A stretch of 64,000 bases of DNA from Limisphaerales bacterium. GTDB taxonomy: Bacteria > Verrucomicrobiota > Verrucomicrobiia > Limisphaerales > SIBE01. Positions 39,936-49,162 of this stretch are shown in pieces. The number at the start of each line of letters is the position of its first letter. The stretch's first letter is position 1. The notes beneath the pieces were generated by a model, which saw nothing but the letters and a program-made list of their open reading frames with translations, made no database searches and was not told where the DNA came from. The stretch covers positions 5,353-69,352 of the forward strand of contig JBGAIN010000018.1 of NCBI GenBank assembly GCA_044225505.1. Reading direction: 5' to 3'. The translations under genes and the position numbers were made by a program.

Positions 39936-40381
39936 TATTCCTAGATTCCCGCTCGGTGTCAAGTTGATTGTCATCTGTGTCTAATTATCACCCACGCCTA
40001 CAGACTGATAACCACTCAGGAACTCCAAATGGTAACCGGTCCACCATTGCGCTTCCCAAACTGGCAAACCGGCATATTATCCGCCGTTGAAATACTCCCT
40101 ATCGGGAACTATGAAGCTCCCAACCACTTCGGACTAAAACTCAACCTCTACAATCGAAACTGCGAGACGGTCTCGCTCCAGCCCCCATTAATGCAACGCC
40201 AACTGACCACCAGTCCGTGGCCCAGGGGGTGGAAGTCAGAGGAAACAAGCTCGTCGCGCGAACGACCGCCATCACAGTATTGTCGCCGAAAAAGTCCATA
40301 CATGTCGTTCAAAATGGACGTGTTGGTTGTCTGAATTAACCAACGGCAACGAAAAATCTAACGTAGATCCCAGAGGTTCGC

Positions 40382-41863
40382 TTACTTTAGGCGATAAAAA
40401 ACACAACGCTCCTCAATTGGCAAAGGACCGTCTACAAAGGTCGCTCCCTCCCCGTCCGCAGCGTTTACAGTCACAGAACCGACACTCATCCAACTCTGAC
40501 CGTCAGTTGACCGAAGCACGTGATAACTGCCGGGAGTGGCATAAACTCGTAACTCGAACGGCCCAGCGGCAGCACCAGAAGCGATTTTCAATCTTGGTAA
40601 AATCTGCACTGCAACCCCTGCATTTTGAAGCACAGCGGCAGCAACGTTAACCGCGAGATTTCCAGCAGGAGCGGTCAACAGGCGCAGCGGATTGCCAACC
40701 AAGTCCAAATTGGAGAGGTTGGGCGCGTCCAACCACAAATTCGTCAGCTGATTGAATGAAAGATTTAATGTTTTTAACGCGACTGAGCCTGGTGGAATCC
40801 GAAGATCCTTTAACTGGTTAGCGCTCAAGTCTAAAGACTCCAATAAGGGCAAGTCTGCCAAAAAGCTCGCGTCTGACAGCCGATTGACTCCCAGCGATAA
40901 TGTCGAGAGGTTCAGCCCCACCGGGAGCTTCAACTGGGCAAGGTCATTCGCCCGCAGGTTCAACTCTTTCAAACTTGGCAAGGAGGTAAGAAAGGCGAAA
41001 GCGCGAAGCACATTGCCGCCAAGGTCCAAACTCTCCAATCGGTCCAAAGAGGCATCGACATTAAATTCGGACAGCCGGTTGTTGGCAAGATTCAAACGGA
41101 CTAATCCTGGGCACGCTTTGATAAACCCAAGGTCGCCAATGCGATTCGCTCCTAAATTTAGGTCCTGGAGGCTTACTAGACCGGCCGGAAGCCCCAAACT
41201 GGTCAGACCACACCCGTAGAGGTTTAACGACTGAAGGCTGCCCCAACCTTCCAAAAATCGAAAATCGGAAATCGTATTTCCTGCCAAATTGAGCGATCGC
41301 AATCCCGTTGCTCCCTTCAACGATTCGCCGCTCACTAAAGGATTGAATGGCAACTCAAGCTTCCGAAGTGCCGGAAGCGTAGCGGCGAAAGAAACCTCCG
41401 TGAAATCATTATTCCCCAAATAAAGCTCCGTTAATCGAGATAAACCGGCCGGTAACACTAAACTGGACAAGTTGTTATATCCTAAATCCAGAACTGACAG
41501 GTTAGCCAAGTCATCGGGAAGACTTACTGACCGCAACTCATTGATAGTCAGCCGAAGAACAGTCAAACGGGTTAATCCGCGCGGCAATACCAAATCCTTT
41601 AAGCCCGTCCCCTGCAACTCCAGTGACGTTAGGTTGACCGCATTCTCCAAACCCACAAGGCTCTGAATAGGAACAGACCGAACGCTCAGACTCTGCAATT
41701 GTTCGATCTCAGACTTACCAATTTCCCCCGATGGCAGTCCTAAAGTATTGAGAATTGCCTGTTTTAGGTTGGGATCAGCAATCGAGACGGTCTGTGCAGA
41801 ATTAGATAGGCTGCTGCCGAACAACCACGCGAATAAGGGCAGCCAGTAACGAACGGTTTTCAT
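40382..41863 (-). CDS. Secreted leucine-rich-repeat protein (internalin-like) with C-terminal FYR-type domain
   Basis: Signal peptide from ATG 41863 (MKTVRYWLPLFAWLFGSS); many LxxLxLxxNxL repeats; tail ...RSTDGQSW...FVD...FYRLK. Confidence 0.88.
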   Translation of the reverse strand: MKTVRYWLPLFAWLFGSSLSNSAQTVSIADPNLKQAILNTLGLPSGEIGKSEIEQLQSLSVRSVPIQSLVGLENAVNLTSLELQGTGLKDLVLPRGLTRLTVLRLTINELRSVSLPDDLANLSVLDLGYNNLSSLVLPAGLSRLTELYLGNNDFTEVSFAATLPALRKLELPFNPLVSGESLKGATGLRSLNLAGNTISDFRFLEGWGSLQSLNLYGCGLTSLGLPAGLVSLQDLNLGANRIGDLGFIKACPGLVRLNLANNRLSEFNVDASLDRLESLDLGGNVLRAFAFLTSLPSLKELNLRANDLAQLKLPVGLNLSTLSLGVNRLSDASFLADLPLLESLDLSANQLKDLRIPPGSVALKTLNLSFNQLTNLWLDAPNLSNLDLVGNPLRLLTAPAGNLAVNVAAAVLQNAGVAVQILPRLKIASGAAAGPFELRVYATPGSYHVLRSTDGQSWMSVGSVTVNAADGEGATFVDGPLPIEERCVFYRLK

Positions 41864-42091
41864 ACGAATTCTACACCCGATAAGCCACAACCCATGATGT
41901 GTCAAGGCCACCTCCCCAAGCGTATCTTCTGAATCCTATCAGAACCGCCACACCAAGAACAGTTAACACAAGTTCTCGGAAACCTTTGAACTCGTGTGAG
42001 TAAATGTGCGAATGGTGCGCGCCGTCGTAGCAGCTTCCCTTTTATGGTGATCTCGGGCGATCGCTCAAACCCGGTATCGCGAAGGCACCGA

Positions 42092-42617
42092 ACCGGGTAA
42101 ATCTGAGCGGTCGCCCGGCCAGCCCCCCTAAGGCCCTCATACGGTTCGAGCCTCTGCAAAGACCGCCCTCAGAGGAGGTAATCCGGCAATCAGGATCAGA
42201 GAGGAGACGATCAAGAGACTGACCGATACTGCTTCGGCCGAAAGGTCCGAGTGGAGCTGATGGGATAGGCGCGCCAAGCAAAGCATCGCCGTTTCTCGAA
42301 GTACTACCTGTATAAAGAGGGTCGTAAGGGTTGGCGGCTCTTCGGACCTTGATATGGTGTTCAATCGTGGTCTGGGCCGTGCGGTAGACTTTCAGCACGC
42401 CCTCCAGACCTTGAGGGTTCTTAGTTGGAGCCGAAAAGGCACCGGTGGGATCGGCGGAGAAGTAGCGCTTGCGAATCCAGGTAGAGGATTTGTTGGGATG
42501 TTCCCGGCGCGCCCAGCGCCGGAGCACTGCGTGCACGTAGAAGTCTGCTTCCCCAACGACGCGTTCGGAGACGGCGTGCCGATGATGATTGGCCCACCTT
42601 CGTAGAAGCGGATTGCG
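42092..42617 (-). mobile_element. Decayed, 5'-truncated group II intron (maturase domain X remnant, broken DV, DVI)
   Basis: NPLLRRWANHHRH...RWARREHPNK..WIRKRYF...HIKVRRAANPYDP, then frameshift to YFEKRR; downstream GAACCGTATGAGGG|CCTTAGGGGGG (DV halves with centre missing) and CTGGCCGG-GCGA-CCGCTCAG-ATTTACCCGGT (DVI-like end). Confidence 0.85.
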
Positions 42618-42711
42618 AGATCGCAACGGGACCTTTGAGCCCAAGATCGTGCCCAAAGGGCAACGGCGCTTCGAAGGTTTCGATCAGGCCATTCTCAGCC
42701 TCTATGCGCGA
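42616..42711 (+). mobile_element. IS256-family transposase fragment (32 codons)
   Basis: Manual translation RDRNGTFEPKIVPKGQRRFEGFDQAILSLYAR matches the conserved IS256/mutator segment; no start or end of gene around it. Confidence 0.8.
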
Positions 42712-43043
42712 GAACTGTCGATGCTTGCGAGTGTGAGACTTCTTTGACCCTACCGTCCGATTCAAGCGCCGGGACCCGGAGTGAGGCTTCCAGGCCGGCT
42801 ACATTGTCTGGGGGGCTTTGGACCTTTGGCAGTGACACTGGTCGCCCGCCAAACGCCCGCTCCCATAGAATACCCGCTGCGAAAAGCAGGACCGGATCAC
42901 GAAAAATCGTGTCCGGCAGCGATTTATGTAGTTCATAGTTCATTTCTTACTGACCGACGCGTCGCGAGACAATTTGTCACCAGCACTGCCATTTGCCGAT
43001 TTCGTGGAGAAAAGGCGAGTAAGGTCACCATCCAAACGGTCTT

Positions 43044-43153
43044 AACAGCGTGCAAACAGCCTGATGACAGCGTGCAAACAGCTTCGTGATGCGGTTCACA
43101 TCGAGTTCTCATCGGGTTCTCATCCTGCTTAGATCGGGTTCTCAGTGCGATCA
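43044..43153. repeat. Degenerate 11-bp-period tandem array (10 units)
   Basis: aacagcgtgca/aacagcctgat/gacagcgtgca/aacagcttcgt/gatgcggttca/catcgagttct/catcgggttct/catcctgctta/gatcgggttct/cagtgcgatca. Confidence 0.75.
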
Positions 43154-43747
43154 ACGGGAAGAACTGGAGTGTAACAATCCGCGAAATCGGAATTGTCACG
43201 GCTGCAATTCGGCTGAAATGGATGACACGAAAATCTGACCGAAGCGTCGCCTACAGCTTCACCCCGAGAGCGCTTCTTTTCGTGGGAGAGCGGCAGTGCA
43301 TTCGTACACTCCCGCTCACTTCCCGAGATGCCTAATCGACCAGATCTGCCATGACCCTAAGGCGCAACTCGCCTGTCACGACCGGCAGCAGTTTGGGACT
43401 ACGGCCCGACCGTAAACAGAAAAAAGGATTTACACCCCCGCCTCGTAACCAGCTTAAATTGAGCCACATTTCGTAGGGCCCGACGCTGGTTCGCGGACCG
43501 AACATTGGTTAAAGGAAAGCCGATGGTCTGGTGTTGGGGTCGGCCCACCTGGGGTCTCCCTGAGGAAAACGCCAGGGTAGACCTCTTTAGAATCTGCTTG
43601 ACGGCCTATATCGGGATGGCTAGAACCGATAGATTATAAGGACTTCCTGTCCACACAGGGCGAATCTCTGTAGGCGGAGTGGCGGGAGCAATCGACAGTA
43701 GCATCGATGACTTGACTTGGTCGGTTTAATAAACAACCTAACGGCCT

Positions 43748-44644
43748 ATGCGTATTCAAACTTCGTGCCTGAGGGCTTTGAGCCTGGCACTTCTTACGAC
43801 AGCGGTGGTCCCCATCTGTAACGCTCAGATCACGCTGGGAGATCTTCCCAACAGCGCGAATGTCACACTCTGGCTTAAGGCCGATACCGGAGTTTCCACA
43901 GACGTTAACGGCGTAACGCAATGGCAGGATGGCTCCAATAGTGGCTTTCACTTGAGCGCTTCTGGAGGTCCTCAACCGCAGCTCATCGCCAACGGGCAAA
44001 CTGTCGGGCTGCCTGTAAACCTTCCGGTGGTTCAGTTTGACGGAGTGCAAGACGTGCTCTCGCGGACTGGAGTGGACGGGACTTCGTTAGTTTCGGCGAA
44101 CTCCGGCGCATTTTTCGTCGTCCTGAAGGCAAACTCACAGGACGTCAAGAGTATCCTCGGATGGGTGGACGACAATGCCCCTGGCAATGGATACAATAAT
44201 TTGGTCCAAGTGGCGGAGAACGGCAGCTTGATTTATCTCCACGGTGACGCAGGCCAGGATTTAATATCTGCTCCGAAACCCGGGGATTGGGCGACAGCGT
44301 GGCACGTCTTATCGGTGACGCGCACTGGCTCCTCCGGAGATATCAGAGTGGATGGCCAGAGCTTGAGTCCGTCGGGAAGCTTCAACGGCAGTGGGATTTT
44401 CAGTGCGAATGGGACCTTAGCCGTCGGCAGTTTGAATGCCGGTGAGAATTGGGGCGGAAATATTGCTGAAATCCTCGCTTACAATTCTGGTAGTATCGAC
44501 GTTGCTGGAGTGGAGAACTACCTCGGGACAAAATATGGATTGACCCCAGTACCTGAGCCGAGTGAGTACGCAATGATTTTCGGTGTTATTTGCGTGCTGG
44601 GAGCGTTGGTAGTCCGGAGCCGCCGGGTGGCTGTCGTTAGCTAA
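43748..44644 (+). CDS. PEP-CTERM sorting domain protein with LamG/concanavalin-like domain
   Basis: Signal peptide; LWLKADTGV...WQD...VVQFDGVQD..GNIAEILAY; C-terminal VPEPSEYAMIFGVICVLGALVVRSRR. Confidence 0.92.
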   Translation: MRIQTSCLRALSLALLTTAVVPICNAQITLGDLPNSANVTLWLKADTGVSTDVNGVTQWQDGSNSGFHLSASGGPQPQLIANGQTVGLPVNLPVVQFDGVQDVLSRTGVDGTSLVSANSGAFFVVLKANSQDVKSILGWVDDNAPGNGYNNLVQVAENGSLIYLHGDAGQDLISAPKPGDWATAWHVLSVTRTGSSGDIRVDGQSLSPSGSFNGSGIFSANGTLAVGSLNAGENWGGNIAEILAYNSGSIDVAGVENYLGTKYGLTPVPEPSEYAMIFGVICVLGALVVRSRRVAVVS

Positions 44645-44666
44645 TAAAACGACGGTACGTTTACTC

Positions 44667-44704
44667 TTCCAGGCTTCTGGCGTTAACGAACGCCGAAGCC
44701 GGAA
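44667..44704 (+). terminator. Hairpin after PEP-CTERM gene (terminator or processing stem)
   Basis: ttcc-a-ggctt-ct-ggcgtt-aacg-aacgcc-g-aagcc-ggaa; no clear U tract. Confidence 0.4.
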
Positions 44705-44720
44705 TCAGCAAACCAATGTT

Positions 44721-45953
44721 GTGGACAAAAATGCAGGATCCCTTGCGGGTAGTCATTGCCCGCTAAGATCTTTGTTTCGGAGATTTTGTTGTTTCGTTTT
44801 GCTGTTGAGTTTGAGTAAGGCAGGCAGCCGCGCGCAAACGGCTGCCTTTTCCAGGGAGGGGTTACCCTCGGGAGTTATCAATCCCAACCCCGGAATTCAT
44901 TTGGGCCGTTTCGATCTTCATGGGGGATTCGACACTAGCGTCGCGTACGACGACATGGTTGAGAATACCATCGATGGAACTGAGAGCGACGTAACGCTCA
45001 CGTTTTCTCCACGTGCGTCGATCGAGACCGATGGCCCGAACGCGCGAAATCTGAAGGTGACTTACCGCCCGAGTTACTTAGCCTTCATAGATCATTCTCG
45101 CCTTAACAATCTCAATCACTTCGGCACGGTGGATATCAAATGGCCATTGAATCGGCTCACACTCAGTCTCCAGGAGAATGTTTCTGTAGCGTCAGTGGTC
45201 GTTCGGGACATTAGCGATCGAGCTGAGCAGGCTCGGTATCTGACCGAAGCGACTGCGGATTACGAGATTAGTCATCGGAGCTCCTTAAATGGCGTTTTTG
45301 ACTACGAACGGTCGGACTACGGCGGAAACTTCATTAACTACCAACAGTTTACGGAACAACTGAGGCTAGATTATCATTTCGGAGACCGGCTAACGGTGGG
45401 AGGAGGATTTTCAGCGACGCAAGTCGTCGTAGATCAAGGGCCTGGGCAATCATCAGAAGGGCCGCTAGTCCGTGCCACACTTACCTTGAACCCTGAATTT
45501 AGCGTCACAGCGCAAGTTGGCATCCAATGGTTGCACTTTGATAGCGGGGCTCCAGTGTCGCTGGCGGAAACTTTTAACGTGACGGGACTTTACCAAGTCC
45601 GTCCCGGAACATCGATTTCACTGAACGCCCGTCGTGCGGAACAGCCGTCGGCATTGCTCCTTGGACAGAATTATACCGACACTGGTTTTTCTCTTGATCT
45701 GAACCAAGTGCTTTCCAGACGCTTGGGACTGACCTTCATTGGAGGCTACACCCAAGCCGATTATTATGCGACAGATGTCGGCGTTGTAACCCAACGTTCA
45801 GATAGCTATTACTTTGTGCGGCTGACACTTAACTGGGCAGTAACAGACAAGTGGACCACGGGCGTTTTCGTCGATCGAAGCTCCAATCAATCCAGCGGAA
45901 GTTTCAGCTACGACCACAATGTCGCGGGAGTGCAGGCCTCTTGGACATTTTAA
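44721..45953 (+). CDS. Outer-membrane beta-barrel protein (EPS/PEP-CTERM-associated type)
   Basis: Signal peptide, alternating amphipathic strands with aromatic girdle, C-terminal GVQASWTF. Confidence 0.78.
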   Translation: MDKNAGSLAGSHCPLRSLFRRFCCFVLLLSLSKAGSRAQTAAFSREGLPSGVINPNPGIHLGRFDLHGGFDTSVAYDDMVENTIDGTESDVTLTFSPRASIETDGPNARNLKVTYRPSYLAFIDHSRLNNLNHFGTVDIKWPLNRLTLSLQENVSVASVVVRDISDRAEQARYLTEATADYEISHRSSLNGVFDYERSDYGGNFINYQQFTEQLRLDYHFGDRLTVGGGFSATQVVVDQGPGQSSEGPLVRATLTLNPEFSVTAQVGIQWLHFDSGAPVSLAETFNVTGLYQVRPGTSISLNARRAEQPSALLLGQNYTDTGFSLDLNQVLSRRLGLTFIGGYTQADYYATDVGVVTQRSDSYYFVRLTLNWAVTDKWTTGVFVDRSSNQSSGSFSYDHNVAGVQASWTF

Positions 45954-46008
45954 GCTGACCAGAAGCAATCCTTGAATTTCCCTCACGGATCTGTATACTC
46001 CCGCCCCA

Positions 46009-46887
46009 GTGAAGGGCATCATCTTGGCCGGCGGGGCAGGTTCTCGTTTGTATCCACTTACCCGAGTGGCAAGCAAGCAACTTCAGCCAGTTTACGATAA
46101 ACCAATGGTTTATTATCCCCTCTCGACACTGATCGAGAATGGGGTTCGAGAGTTCTGTCTGATATCGACTCCACACGACCTGCCTCGATTCTCCCAGCTT
46201 CTCGGGGATGGAAGCGCCTGGGGAATCTCGATAGAGTATCGCGAGCAAGCCAAGCCTGACGGGATCGCGCAGGCTTTTCTCATCGCCGAATCGTTCATCA
46301 AGAACGAGTCTGTGGTGCTGATCCTGGGGGATAACGTATTCTACGGCGGTGACACATTTCCCCGGGCTTTTTCGGAGTTTCGGGATGGGGCGACGATTTT
46401 CGGATACCCCGTCAAGGATCCTGAACGCTATGGTGTGGTGGAGTTCGACGGCCAAGGCAGGGCGATCTCGATCGAGGAGAAGCCCAAAGCGCCGAAGAGC
46501 GATTATGCCGTGCCGGGACTCTACATATTTGACAATCAGGTTGTTAACATTACTAAGAGCCTGAAGCCGTCGGCGCGTGGAGAGCTTGAAATAACGGATC
46601 TAAATCTTGCTTACCTCAAGCGAGGCCAGTTGAAGGTCTACCGACTCAATCGCGGGTTTGCTTGGCTGGACGCTGGCACGAGCAGCAGCCTTCACGAAGC
46701 TTCCGCCTACGTGCAGACCATAGAAAAGCGGCAAGGCATCAAAGTCGGATGTCCTGAAGAAGCCGCTTTTCTGCGGGGCTTTCTCACCGTTGATCAGCTA
46801 GAAAGTCTTTTGACAAAGATTCCCAATTGCGAATACCGCGAGTATCTTGCGGGCGTTGTTGCCGAAGCGCGACGACCCCACCGTTAA
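46009..46887 (+). CDS. rmlA: Glucose-1-phosphate thymidylyltransferase
   Basis: MKGIILAGGAGSRLYPLT, VYDKPMVYYPL, PSARGELEITD, WLDAGT. Confidence 0.96.
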   Translation: MKGIILAGGAGSRLYPLTRVASKQLQPVYDKPMVYYPLSTLIENGVREFCLISTPHDLPRFSQLLGDGSAWGISIEYREQAKPDGIAQAFLIAESFIKNESVVLILGDNVFYGGDTFPRAFSEFRDGATIFGYPVKDPERYGVVEFDGQGRAISIEEKPKAPKSDYAVPGLYIFDNQVVNITKSLKPSARGELEITDLNLAYLKRGQLKVYRLNRGFAWLDAGTSSSLHEASAYVQTIEKRQGIKVGCPEEAAFLRGFLTVDQLESLLTKIPNCEYREYLAGVVAEARRPHR

Positions 46888-46893
46888 CTCTGT

Positions 46894-47847
46894 TTGACCT
46901 CTATGATTGTTCTTCTCGGTGCCAGCGGCTACGTTGGCGAAGCCTTTGCCAGACAACTCCGTGAGCGCCAATGGGCCTTTACTGCTCTGAGTCGCAAAGA
47001 GCTCGATTACACGCGCATGGAGACCCTGTTGGATTTCCTGCGGAAAGTGAAGCCCGCGTTTTTGATTAACGCTGCTGGATACACCGGCAAGCCGAATGTC
47101 GACGCGTGCGAAACAGCTCGAGCGGATACCCTTTGGGGAAATACGCTTTTCCCTCAGGCCGTCGCAAACGCCTGTTTGGTCGCTGGCGTGCCTTGGGGGC
47201 ATATCTCCTCGGGATGTATCTACACAGGCGCCAAGGTCGAGCAAGGGGGCAAGCTTCATGTCGAGCCGGATTTGATGAAGCCGGAGCTGGCCAGACTGGT
47301 AGACGAGCACCCGGAACGAATTCACGGTTTTACGGAAAACGACCCGCCAAATTTCTCGTTTCGATCGCCGCCATGCAGTTTCTACAGCGGCACGAAGGCG
47401 TTGGGAGAGGAGGTAGTGGCTGGGGTTGGCCAGTCCTATCTTTGGCGGTTGCGTATACCTTTCGACGAGTTTGACAACCCGCGGAATTACCTCACTAAGG
47501 TGCAGCGCTATGCAAAGGTTTACGTCAACGTAAACTCACTATCGCATCGCACCGACTACGCTCGGGCTTGCTTAGACCTGTGGGAACGACGCGCGCCATT
47601 CGGGATCTACAATGTCACCAACCCCGGTTACGTGACGACCCGCCAGGTAATCGATCGTATCCAGCGAACCCTCAAGTTGAACCGCTCGTTCGAGTTCTGG
47701 ACGGATGACAGCGAGTTCTATCGTTTGGGCGCCAAAACGCCGCGTTCGAATTGTGTTCTGGATGTCTCAAAACTGTTGGCCACAGGGGTTAAAATGCGAT
47801 CCGTCGAAGCGGCCGTTGATGATGCTCTGAAGAATTGGCAAAAATAA
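46894..47847 (+). CDS. rmlD: dTDP-4-dehydrorhamnose reductase family protein
   Basis: [38 protein letters not shown]. Confidence 0.85.
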   Translation: MTSMIVLLGASGYVGEAFARQLRERQWAFTALSRKELDYTRMETLLDFLRKVKPAFLINAAGYTGKPNVDACETARADTLWGNTLFPQAVANACLVAGVPWGHISSGCIYTGAKVEQGGKLHVEPDLMKPELARLVDEHPERIHGFTENDPPNFSFRSPPCSFYSGTKALGEEVVAGVGQSYLWRLRIPFDEFDNPRNYLTKVQRYAKVYVNVNSLSHRTDYARACLDLWERRAPFGIYNVTNPGYVTTRQVIDRIQRTLKLNRSFEFWTDDSEFYRLGAKTPRSNCVLDVSKLLATGVKMRSVEAAVDDALKNWQK

Positions 47848-48863
47848 TGAATCTCCTCGTTACTGGCGGTGCTGGCTTTATCGGCTCCAATTTAATTCAT
47901 CATATCATCTCCAAGCCGGAGATCCAACGTCTGGTGAATCTGGATGCCTTGACCTACGCTGGACATCTCGCGAACTTGCGATCGGTCGAAAAGCATCCCG
48001 CGTATGTCTTCGAGAAGGTTGATCTGCGCGACAAGGCATCCGTTTTGCGAGTGGTCGAGCAGCACGGGATCACGCACGTTCTCCACTTGGCGGCCGAATC
48101 TCACGTCGACCGCTCGATTAGCGGCCCCGGCGATTTCATTCATACGAATGTCACTGGCACCTTTCATCTCCTGGAAGCATGTCGCGCGTGCTGGGCCAAA
48201 TCGCCGCAAAACAAACGTTTCCACCATGTCTCGACCGATGAAGTTTACGGCAGCCTCGGTCCGACAGGTTACTTCACGGAATCGAGCTCCTACGCCCCTA
48301 ACTCGCCATACTCCGCGAGCAAGGCCGCAAGTGATATGCTCGTCCGGGCATATCATCATACCTACGGCCTGCCCGCGGTAATTACCAATTGTTCGAACAA
48401 TTACGGTCCCTACCAGTTTCCTGAGAAGCTCATCCCTGTTGTCATTCAAAGCGTCATCGCCCGGAAGTCGATCCCGGTGTATGGAGACGGGATGAACGTT
48501 CGCGATTGGCTGTACGTCCTGGACCATGCGGAGGCCCTCTGGCAGGTCCTCACGCGAGGACGCGATGGCGAAACATATAACATCGGCGGTCACAACGAAT
48601 GGCCCAATCTGCGCACAGTGGAGTTGATTTGTGATTTCGTGGACGAGCTCTCTCCGAAGATTGGAGGTCAATCTCGGAAGCTGATCACTTTCGTTAAAGA
48701 CCGTCCTGGCCACGATCGGCGCTACGCGATTGACGCCGGCAAGATCAAGAGTGAATTGGGGTGGCGCCCTGCCTTTACATTTGAAAGTGGCCTCAAGCAG
48801 ACCGTCCAGTGGTATTTGGACAATCAGACTTGGGTCCAGGAAGTTAAAGGCAGCCAGTCGTAA
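47847..48863 (+). CDS. rmlB: dTDP-glucose 4,6-dehydratase
   Basis: [52 protein letters not shown]; ATG overlaps rmlD stop (TAATG). Confidence 0.96.
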   Translation: MNLLVTGGAGFIGSNLIHHIISKPEIQRLVNLDALTYAGHLANLRSVEKHPAYVFEKVDLRDKASVLRVVEQHGITHVLHLAAESHVDRSISGPGDFIHTNVTGTFHLLEACRACWAKSPQNKRFHHVSTDEVYGSLGPTGYFTESSSYAPNSPYSASKAASDMLVRAYHHTYGLPAVITNCSNNYGPYQFPEKLIPVVIQSVIARKSIPVYGDGMNVRDWLYVLDHAEALWQVLTRGRDGETYNIGGHNEWPNLRTVELICDFVDELSPKIGGQSRKLITFVKDRPGHDRRYAIDAGKIKSELGWRPAFTFESGLKQTVQWYLDNQTWVQEVKGSQS

Positions 48864-49117
48864 GTCTCCAGACCCTTCTGGCTCAGTGCCGCTGAGCTCC
48901 GCACTGGAAAATGTTGGAGCGAGTGGAGTGCGCGGAAACCCCTTGGCGTTGGGACGGCCCGATGAGTGCTTGGGCAACTTCTGGCTTAGTTGCCGCCCGC
49001 TTAATGCAAGCCTTTGGACCAGCTCGCGAGGTGCACTGGTTCACCAGCAGGTATCAGCTCCTCCTGCCGGGTCTGCACAGGATCTCAACCCGTTAGGAAT
49101 TGCTCACTCTCACCGCC

Positions 49118-49146
49118 AAAAAAAACCCTCGCTGTTCAGGCGAGGG
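49118..49146 (-). terminator. Intrinsic terminator of the cadherin-like gene
   Basis: Minus strand CCCTCGC-ctgaaca-GCGAGGG followed by eight Ts, 16 nt after the stop codon. Confidence 0.75.
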
Positions 49147-49162
49147 CTCGAGAGAGTTCGTG

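Noticed and set aside
42042-42943. ORFs 42042-42656, 42421-42765 and 42695-42943 as intact genes
   Set aside because: 42042-42656 is a chimera of antisense IS256 sequence, maturase remnant and out-of-frame intron RNA; the others lack motifs.
43045-43082. 16-bp direct repeat as a CRISPR array
   Set aside because: Only two copies 6 bp apart, part of the 11-bp-period array; no spacers of CRISPR length and no cas genes.
43225-43239. ACACGAAAATCTGAC as an IS256 terminal inverted repeat
   Set aside because: Loose resemblance only; no partner repeat or target duplication found.
47892-48977. 361-aa minus-strand ORF
   Set aside because: Antisense shadow of rmlB with no recognisable motifs.
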